Source: a virus
Lineage: Duplodnaviria; Caudoviricetes
Length of the DNA: 36,380 nt
Reading direction: 5' to 3' (one strand)
Virus record (IMG/VR): IMGVR_UViG_3300028396_000020
Location: 1 to 36,380 of that record
The notes under the pieces were generated by a model. The model did no database searches, was not told where the DNA came from, and saw only the letters and a program-made list of their open reading frames with translations. The position numbers and the translations under genes were made by a program. Positions 15,981 to 24,617 of the stretch are shown here, in pieces (the first letter of the stretch is position 1; every line of letters starts with the position of its first letter).

Positions 15981-16335
15981 GATAGACCTTAACTTACCTA
16001 AACCCCCAAGCTTAAATCAGTTTTATGCTGGAAGACATTTTAGTGTTAGGCAGAAATATAAAAAACAATACTTTGAAGAACTTGATAAAGCATTTGAGGC
16101 GTATGATGAGTTTACTGCGGAAACTTTCAGCATACACGTTCTCCATAATTCTCGGTATGATACTGACAATTGCATTCTCGCTATTAAATTTACGGCTGAT
16201 TATCTCCGTCATCGCAACTGGGTTGAAGACGATAATAAAAAATACTTCAAAAAGCTTTCTATTGAGGTTCAAGAGGATTTACCAAAAGATATTTTCAAAG
16301 TAAAACTAAAACTATATGGATATAAAGAAGTGTAG
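15964..16335 (+). CDS. rusA: RusA-like Holliday junction resolvase
   Basis: PPSLN, RYDTDN, K..AD and DDN motifs. Confidence 0.75.
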   Translation: MKSSIEIDLNLPKPPSLNQFYAGRHFSVRQKYKKQYFEELDKAFEAYDEFTAETFSIHVLHNSRYDTDNCILAIKFTADYLRHRNWVEDDNKKYFKKLSIEVQEDLPKDIFKVKLKLYGYKEV

Positions 16336-16864
16336 CTCTTGCTTTATTTCAAAGCCAGTTACAGATTTCCATAAAGATAAGAAAGGAAAGTTCGGTACAA
16401 GGGCAAACTGCAAAAGCTGTAGAAATAATGATTCAGAAAGAGCAAGAAGAAGAGACTGGTATCATAAAAATAAAGAACAGCGACAAAAAAAGATTAAAGA
16501 ATATTCATTGTCTTATAATGAAAGAAGAAAAGAACTTCATAAAGAAAGACAATCTAACGATATAAACTACAGAATCAAAAGAGCCTTGCGCTCTCGGTTG
16601 TATTCTGCTATTAAAAATAATTCAAAAGAAGCATCTGCCGTAAAGGATATAGGATGCTCAATAGAATTTTTTAAGCATTATATTGAATCAAAGTTTAGTA
16701 TAAATATGACTTGGAATAATTACGGGGAATGGCACATAGACCATATTATTCCAATATCAAAATTTGATTTAAGCAAGAGAAGTGAACAGTTAAAAGCCTG
16801 CCACTACACAAACCTTCAGCCTTTGTGGGCAGAAGATAATATTAAAAAATCAAATAGGTTGTAA
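16316..16864 (+). CDS. HNH homing endonuclease with N-terminal zinc finger
   Basis: CSSC...CKSC; WHIDHIIP...HYTNLQPLW..DN..K. Confidence 0.88.
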   Translation: MDIKKCSSCFISKPVTDFHKDKKGKFGTRANCKSCRNNDSERARRRDWYHKNKEQRQKKIKEYSLSYNERRKELHKERQSNDINYRIKRALRSRLYSAIKNNSKEASAVKDIGCSIEFFKHYIESKFSINMTWNNYGEWHIDHIIPISKFDLSKRSEQLKACHYTNLQPLWAEDNIKKSNRL

Positions 16865-16876
16865 AACTGAAATGCT

Positions 16877-17080
16877 ATGGAGAAGAACTACCAGACTTGT
16901 AAATTAATTAGAAACAGGATTGACCTGTACCTCTATGAGATGGCAAAGCTGTTTACTAATATAGGTATGGACTCCACAGTAGAGGAGATTCAATCTGCCT
17001 ACAGAAGAGAAAGGGAATACATTGAACTAATAGCAGAGCTTGACCCAGAGAAAGCTGATAGGTTGCGCTCGTCATACTAA
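16877..17080 (+). CDS. Hypothetical protein
   Basis: 67-aa helical ORF. Confidence 0.7.
   Translation: MEKNYQTCKLIRNRIDLYLYEMAKLFTNIGMDSTVEEIQSAYRREREYIELIAELDPEKADRLRSSY
16897..16907 (+). promoter_or_regulatory. Candidate late promoter TTGTAAATTAA
   Basis: Exact motif in sense orientation, upstream of the sigma-like and lysis genes. Confidence 0.55.
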
Positions 17081-17081
17081 T

Positions 17082-17315
17082 ATGTTGTTTGAAGAACATT
17101 ACGAAGATTTAACAGATGCAGAAGCAAATCTCATACTTGATATATACAGAGTCATTGACGAGTTGGTATACTTCGGTGAGCCAGTCACATTGGTTAGATT
17201 GGGATTTGAGCTTGGCATAAGACCAGATGAGCTTTCTGACTATCTTGCTATTATTGTCACCATACTAAATAAAGTAGAGGAAGAGTATGCCGAGATACGA
17301 CAAGGCTCTAATTGA
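17082..17315 (+). CDS. Small acidic helical protein, possible HTH
   Basis: VTLVRLGFELGIRPDELSDYL resembles an HTH; likely start ATG 17082. Confidence 0.5.
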   Translation: MLFEEHYEDLTDAEANLILDIYRVIDELVYFGEPVTLVRLGFELGIRPDELSDYLAIIVTILNKVEEEYAEIRQGSN

Positions 17316-17691
17316 GGAGGAAGCATTTAAATCTGTAGAACAAGGATATCTAACAGAAGAACTTGGTGCGTTTATTCTACAGCGTGCTGTTGAGATTTCT
17401 GGTTCAGCTTTTGTAACCGATGGAAACAAGGAGTTGAAGCAAGCCTTAATAGATTCTGCCGTAATGCGTACTTGTGAAAAATTTCTGCATTATTATCAAA
17501 GTGGTAAATCTGCTGCAAATCTTATTATTAGTATTATATACTCAACGATGACTAATAAAATAGTTTCGTTAAACCATAGTGATGTTTATGGACACAATAT
17601 CAAAGGATATATAGTGTCTATAGAAGATGGAGAAAAGAAAATTAGATTAGTGCGCTATACAAAAGATAATTATTTAAGTGAAAAATTGTAA
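17287..17691 (+). CDS. Putative T4 gp55-like late sigma factor (sigma domain 2 only)
   Basis: LTEELGAFILQRAVEIS...LIDSAVMRTCEKFLHYYQSGKSAANLIISIIYSTMTNKI parallels the gp55-family pattern as I recall it; similarity judged by eye. Confidence 0.55.
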   Translation: MPRYDKALIEEEAFKSVEQGYLTEELGAFILQRAVEISGSAFVTDGNKELKQALIDSAVMRTCEKFLHYYQSGKSAANLIISIIYSTMTNKIVSLNHSDVYGHNIKGYIVSIEDGEKKIRLVRYTKDNYLSEKL

Positions 17692-17939
17692 TGATGGAGA
17701 TTTATAACGATTGGATTTTAGTAAGTTCTGTAGGATTGATGTTTGCATTCCTATTTATTTTTGAACCTTACGGGTGGGTAATGGAAAGAGTATTGCCGTT
17801 TAAGCCATTTAACTGCGTTCTGTGCCTCTCATTCTGGTGTAGCCTACTCTTGTATGCTTACCTTCAAGTTAATCCCTTATACGCCATTTATACATCTTTC
17901 ATAGCAGAGCTATCGTATAGAAAGTTAGTTAATGAGTAA
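17691..17939 (+). CDS. DUF1360-like membrane protein
   Basis: Hydrophobic segments around KPFNCVLCLSFW. Confidence 0.6.
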   Translation: MMEIYNDWILVSSVGLMFAFLFIFEPYGWVMERVLPFKPFNCVLCLSFWCSLLLYAYLQVNPLYAIYTSFIAELSYRKLVNE

Positions 17940-18022
17940 AGAGAAAAATGTAAATTATAACAGTGGTTGGCTCTTCCTTTATTGGGACGAGCCTCTTTTT
18001 TCTAACTCTAATATTAACGACA

Positions 18023-18178
18023 ATGCCGATACCAGTTCCGAATCTAAAGGAAACAAGACCAGAGTTCACAAATAGATGTATGAGTAACGAATCAATGATG
18101 GATGAATACCCAGAAACATCCCAGCGATTAGCAGTATGTTACACATCGTGGACATCGGAAATTAAAAAAGTAAAGTAA
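18023..18178 (+). CDS. Small conserved-type phage protein
   Basis: MPIPVPNLKETRPEF..RCM...EYP...QRLAVCY; start reassigned to ATG 18023. Confidence 0.65.
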   Translation: MPIPVPNLKETRPEFTNRCMSNESMMDEYPETSQRLAVCYTSWTSEIKKVK

Positions 18179-18555
18179 TGGAAGGATTAACAAGAGCATT
18201 CCATATGTTCTTTGAGTATAGCGAGTTTGACTCACCCGATGAAAGAGGGAGCTATACGAATATGGATGTAGCATTTCTAAACAAACTATCTAAAGCTCGT
18301 GAGCTTGCAGCTATAGGGTTTAAAATTACAAGCGGGTACAGAAGCCCTGCTCATAACGCAAAGGTAGGTGGCGTACCGTCAAGCAGCCACACAAATGGAC
18401 ACGCAGTAGATATCTACGCACCCACATCAACACAAAAATATCTAATTATTAACTCTCTTCTCCAAGTAGGGTTTAATCGCATCGGTGTAGCAAAGAACTT
18501 TATACACGTTGATGATGACCCAAGCAAAAGTGAAGATGTGATTTGGACGTATTGA
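18178..18555 (+). CDS. Endolysin, peptidase M15 family
   Basis: ITSGYRS..HN..VGG...SSH..G.AVDI...FIHVD zinc-peptidase motifs. Confidence 0.92.
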   Translation: MEGLTRAFHMFFEYSEFDSPDERGSYTNMDVAFLNKLSKARELAAIGFKITSGYRSPAHNAKVGGVPSSSHTNGHAVDIYAPTSTQKYLIINSLLQVGFNRIGVAKNFIHVDDDPSKSEDVIWTY

Positions 18556-18575
18556 ATTTTAAAGATATATATTAT

Positions 18576-18701
18576 ATGAAAAATGATTTTGATGTAAGCG
18601 ATTCGTTCGCTGACTTCGTAGACGAAATGACTAATGACGAGAAAAACAATAACGCTCAATGCTCCATTGATAATCCAGAGTGTGAAGCGTGTGGTAGCTA
18701 A
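18576..18701 (+). CDS. 41-aa acidic peptide ending CSIDNPECEACGS (not in ORF track)
   Basis: Clean ORF between endolysin and holin with an AT-rich start context. Confidence 0.75.
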   Translation: MKNDFDVSDSFADFVDEMTNDEKNNNAQCSIDNPECEACGS

Positions 18702-18703
18702 TT

Positions 18704-19069
18704 ATGGGAAATCCAATAACCAAACTATTTACAGGGGGTGCGAAGGAAGCTGTGGAAGCAGTTGCCAATGTGGTAGATAGATTTGTATCTACACCCGAAG
18801 AGAAAGAAGCTGTGCGTCAAAGCATAGAAGAAGAAATCACCAAGCGTTGGCAGGCTGATAGCCTTACCGATTCTTGGTTGAGTAAGAACGTTAGACCATT
18901 AACCCTTGCAACCGTTATGATATTTCTGGTGCTTATGACCTTCTTTGAAGGCTTTGGTATTAGTAGTGTTAACGAGAGATGGATTGGATTATGGGAGCTG
19001 GTAAGCGTAACAGTGATAGGCGGGTATTTTGCTGTTCGTTCAGTTGATAAAAGAACTAAAATAAAGTAA
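18704..19069 (+). CDS. Holin (GTA 3TM-holin-like)
   Basis: RWQAD..DSWLSKNVRPL, two TM segments and GGYF..RS.DK. Confidence 0.8.
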   Translation: MGNPITKLFTGGAKEAVEAVANVVDRFVSTPEEKEAVRQSIEEEITKRWQADSLTDSWLSKNVRPLTLATVMIFLVLMTFFEGFGISSVNERWIGLWELVSVTVIGGYFAVRSVDKRTKIK

Positions 19070-19605
19070 TGGATACAGGCTTTGTATATAAATGGTATGA
19101 CACTTCTAATGATATGTACTATATAGGCAGTCATAAAGGGAATGTTAATGACGGATATATAGGGAGCGGTACTTACTTTTTAAATGCTTATAAAAAAAGA
19201 AAAGAAAGTTTCTTTAGAGAAACACTTTATATAGGTGAGCATTACAGACTGTACGAAGAAACGATACTTGAATATCTTAACGCTCAACAAGATTGTAACT
19301 CTTATAATTTAATAAATAATGCATCAGGAGGAGGTCACTTTAAAGGAATGCGTCTTACTAAAAGACACAGACAAAATATATCAAACGCAATTAAAGGTAG
19401 CAGAAACCCAAATGCTGATGGAAGAGCAAGTATGAAACCTGTTTATTCCGAAGTAGATAATCTTTATTTTAAATCAAGGAATCACGCAGCTAAACATTAT
19501 GGTATAAGTGGTCCTTACTGTGGAAATATGATAAATGGCAAAAAGAAAAACAAATACAGCCTCAAATACATATCAAAACAAGAATACGAAAAAGAACAAA
19601 GGTAA
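19069..19605 (+). CDS. GIY-YIG (Seg-like) homing endonuclease
   Basis: GFVY...YYIGSH...GYIGSG...YNL, followed by NUMOD-like DNA-binding modules. Confidence 0.88.
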   Translation: MDTGFVYKWYDTSNDMYYIGSHKGNVNDGYIGSGTYFLNAYKKRKESFFRETLYIGEHYRLYEETILEYLNAQQDCNSYNLINNASGGGHFKGMRLTKRHRQNISNAIKGSRNPNADGRASMKPVYSEVDNLYFKSRNHAAKHYGISGPYCGNMINGKKKNKYSLKYISKQEYEKEQR

Positions 19606-19662
19606 AGTAAGTTGGTGCGAGAACGCACCTGTAGAATGTACCTGTAAGGGTGCTTGCAACAA

Positions 19663-19694
19663 GAAGGGGTAGGCGTTAGTCTACCTCTTTTTTT
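19663..19694 (+). terminator. Intrinsic terminator at the convergence of the two operons
   Basis: AGGGGTAGGC-GTTA-GTCTACCTCT-TTTTTT. Confidence 0.75.
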
Positions 19695-19842
19695 GTCGCT
19701 TATTCATAAAGTACCACTTCTGTGCAGTGTAACCTATGGATGCTAAAAGCAATAATATCTTTAGCGTGTTCTCCAAGTTGGAGAATGATATCGCCATCGT
19801 AGAGGTGTTGAGAAGTAATACTTTGATATCTGTAGTGTCCAT
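19681..19842 (-). CDS. 53-aa membrane protein, holin-like (not in ORF track)
   Basis: MDTTDIKVLLLN...KILLLLASIGYTAQKWYFMNKRQKKR; TM segment plus basic tail; TAATG coupling. Confidence 0.65.
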   Translation of the reverse strand: MDTTDIKVLLLNTSTMAISFSNLENTLKILLLLASIGYTAQKWYFMNKRQKKR

Positions 19843-20381
19843 TAGGGGTTGTAGCTTACTCCTCCGTCTTCGCAGGATTTATATATAATACCATCTTGAG
19901 GGTAGAACACATCACCTTGGTAGGTATCTTCCTCATCAAACAAGTCATTGTTACAACCATCGGCAGTAGCGATTGCTTTAATTGCCTCATTGTCAAGGAT
20001 ATAGTTAGTGATACGTTTGTTGATGTAAGATAGTTTACTATCAACAGTAGTAGATATAGTGTCAAGGATGTATTGGTCTTGCTTCTGCTCCTCCGCTTTG
20101 GTCGTTGCAGTGGCCGTTCTTAATATAGATATAGCAGCCTTTGCTGAATACATAGCTAACGTGTACTTCACCAACTTAAACAACCCTTGCTCGGAAACAT
20201 TTAATGTCTCTGCCAATACTTTAGCCTCAATGTCTTCGTATAAGCAAGTACCTAAAAGGTCTTGTATTGAGGTGAATTGCTCCAATTGGATTAATGCCAA
20301 TAAAGCACCTCTGTCCATACGCTTCGGCAAAGGGAAGTTTTGGTACAGGTAGTTATCGTCTATGAATATTACGTCAACCAT
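19842..20381 (-). CDS. Putative head-tail adaptor
   Basis: 179-aa helical ORF right after the portal; IQDLLGTCLY motif. Confidence 0.55.
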   Translation of the reverse strand: MVDVIFIDDNYLYQNFPLPKRMDRGALLALIQLEQFTSIQDLLGTCLYEDIEAKVLAETLNVSEQGLFKLVKYTLAMYSAKAAISILRTATATTKAEEQKQDQYILDTISTTVDSKLSYINKRITNYILDNEAIKAIATADGCNNDLFDEEDTYQGDVFYPQDGIIYKSCEDGGVSYNP

Positions 20382-20383
20382 TA

Positions 20384-21616
20384 TTATAAGTCTTCAGTGT
20401 TAGCACCCTTGATGCTCTCCAAGTTAATAGGCTCTTCAACAACAGCAAGGTTCATCTGGTCGTAACCCACAGTAGCAAAGATTCTATTTACAGAGTCTAA
20501 AAGAATTTCTCTATTAGGCAGCGTTTCAGTCGCTCTAAATATTTGATAAGCCGTAACAAGTTCGTTACCTGTGCCTCCCAATTTACCACTAACCATAACA
20601 CCAAATAGAGTAGGAGAAGTAACGTTGTGGGCTGTGAGTATTTTAGCATCATTAAGTTTTGATAAGACATCTACGGTCTTGTCTAAATTGGATATATCAA
20701 GTGGTTTAAAAACGGGAGCATCTTCTTCTTTCTTTACCCACGAGACAATGAAGTTATCTGCGTCTGCGCCTGTAAAGGACTCCTTGAACTTTTTATACTC
20801 CTCACGCTTCTGCTCTGCACTCATATTTCTACCAATGAAGGTAGCTAATACTTTAGGCGTAAAGCCGTTCTCGGCAGAGTTCTTAATGTGCTTACCAAAG
20901 CTGAAGTCAGATTCAATGTAGTGGAATGCAGAGATGTAGCTGGGTACACCATAATATGGGTTGCCACTATATGGGTTACCTACATAAAGTACCGCTTCAG
21001 TACCGCTCTTATCAAACTTATTAAATGCCTTAATCTTACGAGGCTCATTGTGCTGTACAGAATTAGAGCCATAGCCGAAGCTTCTACGAACGATGTAGTG
21101 TGTTACCTCACCTTTCTCATTTGGCTCTGCTACACGCACTCCTTTAGGGTCTAAAGACTTAAACTCAAGTATCTTTGTACGACCCTTGTTCCAACGCACA
21201 TAAAATGCTAATGCACCCTTATGCTCGTATTGGAATGATGCGTGGGTTAATACTTCGTATAGACCTTTGTTGTTTCCACCACAGTGGTTTACAAAAGCCT
21301 TGAGTTCTGCTTTAGCCTTGTTGCTTTTAGCAAAGTCATCAGAGTAGTCAATGTCGTTACCAACTACCATCTTTGCTTTCTTGGTTAAGATACCACTATG
21401 AACAGGTGATTGGCGTAACATCTTCTCAAGGATAACGGGGAAGTCATCGTTCACACCGAACTTAATGTAGTCACCTACTAAAGTATGTCCTAATCTGTAA
21501 CGACCATTAAGGTCTTCAATAGAGTTCTCTAACTCGTTTGTTGCAATAGAATGCTCTGTAGCTTGCACATAAGTGTTAGATGCAAAGAATTCTGATATAT
21601 TAGATAGTAGTCCCAT
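20384..21616 (-). CDS. Portal protein
   Basis: 410 aa; SPVHSGIL..K, YYGVPSY, NGF.P and ILTAHNVTSP.LFG motifs typical of Bacteroidota phage portals. Confidence 0.88.
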   Translation of the reverse strand: MGLLSNISEFFASNTYVQATEHSIATNELENSIEDLNGRYRLGHTLVGDYIKFGVNDDFPVILEKMLRQSPVHSGILTKKAKMVVGNDIDYSDDFAKSNKAKAELKAFVNHCGGNNKGLYEVLTHASFQYEHKGALAFYVRWNKGRTKILEFKSLDPKGVRVAEPNEKGEVTHYIVRRSFGYGSNSVQHNEPRKIKAFNKFDKSGTEAVLYVGNPYSGNPYYGVPSYISAFHYIESDFSFGKHIKNSAENGFTPKVLATFIGRNMSAEQKREEYKKFKESFTGADADNFIVSWVKKEEDAPVFKPLDISNLDKTVDVLSKLNDAKILTAHNVTSPTLFGVMVSGKLGGTGNELVTAYQIFRATETLPNREILLDSVNRIFATVGYDQMNLAVVEEPINLESIKGANTEDL

Positions 21617-21620
21617 TGTA

Positions 21621-21631
21621 TTAATTTACAA
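21621..21631 (-). promoter_or_regulatory. Candidate late promoter TTGTAAATTAA
   Basis: Exact motif 4 nt upstream of the portal ATG. Confidence 0.65.
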
Positions 21632-21632
21632 T

Positions 21633-21968
21633 TTATAGGTCAGTAAACCTCACGGTAGAGCCATAAATACCTGTACCTGTTTGAGTAACTGTGTAATCTT
21701 GTACCTCTGTAAGATACTTGTAGCTTTCACCACTGTTAGTTATGGTAAGCTCATACTCTCCACCCTCAAGGTCATTAGACAAAAGGTCTATGTTAATCTG
21801 AATGAAATCCTTACAGGAGTCAAGGTTGTTAAGGTCAGTAAGGTTGGTAATCGTTAGACTACCAGTACCTACCACCTTATCCAATGTAACGTCAAAACTG
21901 TTCACCGTGAAAGATGATAGCTTGACGAAAGATAGAGTATTCACTACTCCTGTCTTCAGTCTTTTCAT
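21633..21968 (-). CDS. Putative structural protein
   Basis: 111-aa beta-rich ORF upstream of the portal. Confidence 0.55.
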   Translation of the reverse strand: MKRLKTGVVNTLSFVKLSSFTVNSFDVTLDKVVGTGSLTITNLTDLNNLDSCKDFIQINIDLLSNDLEGGEYELTITNSGESYKYLTEVQDYTVTQTGTGIYGSTVRFTDL

Positions 21969-21981
21969 TAAATTATTTGGA

Positions 21982-22365
21982 TTAAATTAAATCCTCTGGC
22001 GCAGGTGGGTTGCAATACTCCGCTTCGGGGTTCGCCTCACAATACGCCTTTGCATACTCTGCTGCGTGTTTGCTTCCGAAAGTATGTATGCCTACTGGCA
22101 CAACCCAAGTCGGCACAAAGTCAGCGTGTGCTTCGTTACGCCATAGGATATCCACGCAGTAGTCCGTAGATAGTACGGCTTCGGTTACTACCTCGCCATC
22201 CTCATCAAGTACGGCTGGAGTTTCTACAACGTGTCCAAGTTCTACGACCATCACTACCTCATTGGTGTACGATTCGTTTCCTTCTTCATCGGTTTGAACG
22301 ATTAGGGCTTTTTGTGTTTCCCACGCCTCTTGTGAGGCATATACATATTTTCTGAATGTTTCCAT
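21982..22365 (-). CDS. Fibre-associated hypothetical protein
   Basis: Acidic 127-aa ORF directly after the fibre gene. Confidence 0.5.
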   Translation of the reverse strand: METFRKYVYASQEAWETQKALIVQTDEEGNESYTNEVVMVVELGHVVETPAVLDEDGEVVTEAVLSTDYCVDILWRNEAHADFVPTWVVPVGIHTFGSKHAAEYAKAYCEANPEAEYCNPPAPEDLI

Positions 22366-22366
22366 A

Positions 22367-24082
22367 TTATATAGTTGTTAGGTCAATCGCCTCTTGGTCA
22401 GTTAATCCAGTTAAGAATATCATAGCCTGTTTTATGTTGCCACTTACTTTATAAACGGAGTTGCTGTAAGACCAACCCAATGAACGGAAAGTAAATGCGG
22501 TATTTGTAGCACTTTGAGTAGTTGATAGTTTTGTTCCGTTTACAAAAGTGTCTATAAGACTACCATTTCTTTTTACCAATATCTTATAATTAGTATTCTT
22601 CACTGCGGCAAATGATGCGGATGCCATTGTAACTTGTCCATTTCCAGCCAACAAAAGTTCTGAACTTCTAACCCACCAATAACTTTGAGAGTCGGCAGCA
22701 GCACCAGCGACACCACCACCCATTATCATACCATTAGCTCCATCCTTATCAAAAGAACCTTCGTAATAAAACGTAAAATCGTCATTTGCACCGATTGCTA
22801 TCGGAGTATCAACAAGGTCATTGTTGCTACTAAAATCCGCAGCCCTACTCGCACTCGTTTCGTAGGTGGGGATGTAGGATGTTTCATAATTTGCTACTCC
22901 AATCATCGCCCCATATATATAACAATATTCACCCGCAGAGGCCGTATTAATTATAATTTCAGGCGTTCTATTCGCTGACGCTGAAACTGCTGAAGTTGCA
23001 GTAACTCTATACCATCCATTCCCTACGGGCGTGATTGTTCCAGTCCCTATTGTTTCCGTTACGGCTAAAGTGGTTAGATTATAGGTTATTAGGAAACTTG
23101 ATGCGTTAAAAGTTATTACATCAGTAGTCCCAGCCTTAACATAAAAACTTCCAGTAATAACACCCGCAGAATGTGTTGAACCTACATAGATTCTTTGATT
23201 TCCAGATACCGCAGTTATTTTTGAGGCGTTGTATAATCCTTCGGGGCTTAATGTATCAGTAGTATTTGATGATGTCGTAATGCCATCTTGTGTCCAAGAT
23301 TCAAAATATTCTGATTGTGCTATTCCATTCGTCCTACTCGGTTCAATCAAGAGACTCGGACACGATGCTCCACCGCTGTAATCCAGTCTCGGTAGGTTGT
23401 CCGTGATGCCTTTGTATACTGCCGCAGTTGTCGTTTCTATATAGTCGGTGGCTACTAAACCATATTCCAATTGTGCATCTTGGATGTAGATAGAACCGCT
23501 TGTTGCGCTTGAATCATTATCTCCTTCAGCTGGATAAATACGGAAATTAGTTAAATTTGTTGAGTCTGATTGAATAGCTAAACGATACCAACCACTCCCG
23601 ATGTCTGTTGTATAAGTTGCAATGCCAGTGTCAGAACCTATTGAACCATTGCTAATGTTTATCCAAGCATTTTCGTCTCCTGCCGAGTTATCAAATCTTA
23701 AACGAATCCAATTACTGGTATTTGCTTTAGCGTATATACTAAATGTTTTTACACCACTTGTAGTTATATTTTGGCGGATGTGTCCGTTTGCTGCCGATTT
23801 TGATAAAAGCCAAGCATCGCTTGAGCCATCGTAACCGCTTTGACCGCCTGTTACACTTGTGCTGCTTGTTGTCCAAGTAGTATCAAACGAATTTGACTGC
23901 AAGATTTGGTTGCTTCTCTCCTTCTCAATCAATCCATCACTATTCACCCTCGTTGCCGTGTCCGTACCTCTACTAAAGGTGAAATCACCAGAGCCGTCCG
24001 TAGGCTTGATGCTGTATAATTTGCCGTCTTTTACTCCCGATGGGATTAGGGCGAGGCTTGCCGAATCAAATAAAGTTGCCAT
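22367..24082 (-). CDS. Fibre/spike protein with carbohydrate-binding and ConA/LamG-like domains
   Basis: FTFSR...ATRVN..GLIE; PRLDY....CPSLLIEPSRTN; twice GWYR; TSYIPT; S/T/G-rich. Confidence 0.75.
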   Translation of the reverse strand: MATLFDSASLALIPSGVKDGKLYSIKPTDGSGDFTFSRGTDTATRVNSDGLIEKERSNQILQSNSFDTTWTTSSTSVTGGQSGYDGSSDAWLLSKSAANGHIRQNITTSGVKTFSIYAKANTSNWIRLRFDNSAGDENAWINISNGSIGSDTGIATYTTDIGSGWYRLAIQSDSTNLTNFRIYPAEGDNDSSATSGSIYIQDAQLEYGLVATDYIETTTAAVYKGITDNLPRLDYSGGASCPSLLIEPSRTNGIAQSEYFESWTQDGITTSSNTTDTLSPEGLYNASKITAVSGNQRIYVGSTHSAGVITGSFYVKAGTTDVITFNASSFLITYNLTTLAVTETIGTGTITPVGNGWYRVTATSAVSASANRTPEIIINTASAGEYCYIYGAMIGVANYETSYIPTYETSASRAADFSSNNDLVDTPIAIGANDDFTFYYEGSFDKDGANGMIMGGGVAGAAADSQSYWWVRSSELLLAGNGQVTMASASFAAVKNTNYKILVKRNGSLIDTFVNGTKLSTTQSATNTAFTFRSLGWSYSNSVYKVSGNIKQAMIFLTGLTDQEAIDLTTI

Positions 24083-24084
24083 AA

Positions 24085-24348
24085 TTATAAAAGTGCATTT
24101 ATTGCGTTAATAGTACAATTGCGGGCCTCCGTAGACCCGCCATCTGCCGTTACCCTAATAGCATAGGGTTCAAACAGTAATCTACCTGCGTCAGCTTGTG
24201 GCATAGCTTTAATAGCCTTGTTCACACACTTTGGTGACTCCACAACACCTCCATCAGATTCTACCCTAACGATAAAATCCTTGACAGAAGCAAGTAGCTT
24301 ACCAGCAGCCCTTCTTGCTATAAGAGATATGCTGTTTATTAAAATCAT
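24085..24348 (-). CDS. Small structural protein with two RVxxDGG..E...C repeats
   Basis: Paralogous to the C-terminal part of 24618-24938. Confidence 0.6.
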   Translation of the reverse strand: MILINSISLIARRAAGKLLASVKDFIVRVESDGGVVESPKCVNKAIKAMPQADAGRLLFEPYAIRVTADGGSTEARNCTINAINALL

Positions 24349-24612
24349 TTAGGAGGCCTTGTAAGCAATTACCTTACCCGAAGCAACAGCAACACTATCA
24401 AACTTACCAAAGACGATTGTGCCTTCTGTAAGAGTTACTGACGTAAGTGCATCACCTACCTGTGTGGTAGTCGTTATCACGCTATCTTCCAATGCTTGGA
24501 TAGAGCGGCAAGACTCACTTGTAGAAGCACCAGCCGCTACAACTCTAAACCCGTAGTCACCTGTTGCAGACTGATAGAAGTTTCCTTCCTTTACAATAGT
24601 TTCGTATGACAT
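24349..24612 (-). CDS. Small beta-rich structural protein
   Basis: 87 aa ending ..GKFDSVAVASGKVIAYK; in the structural module. Confidence 0.6.
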   Translation of the reverse strand: MSYETIVKEGNFYQSATGDYGFRVVAAGASTSESCRSIQALEDSVITTTTQVGDALTSVTLTEGTIVFGKFDSVAVASGKVIAYKAS

Positions 24613-24617
24613 TTTTA

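Noticed and set aside
16316-16876. Target duplication around the HNH gene like that at the GIY-YIG gene
   Set aside because: I could not find a convincing duplicated rusA terminus downstream.
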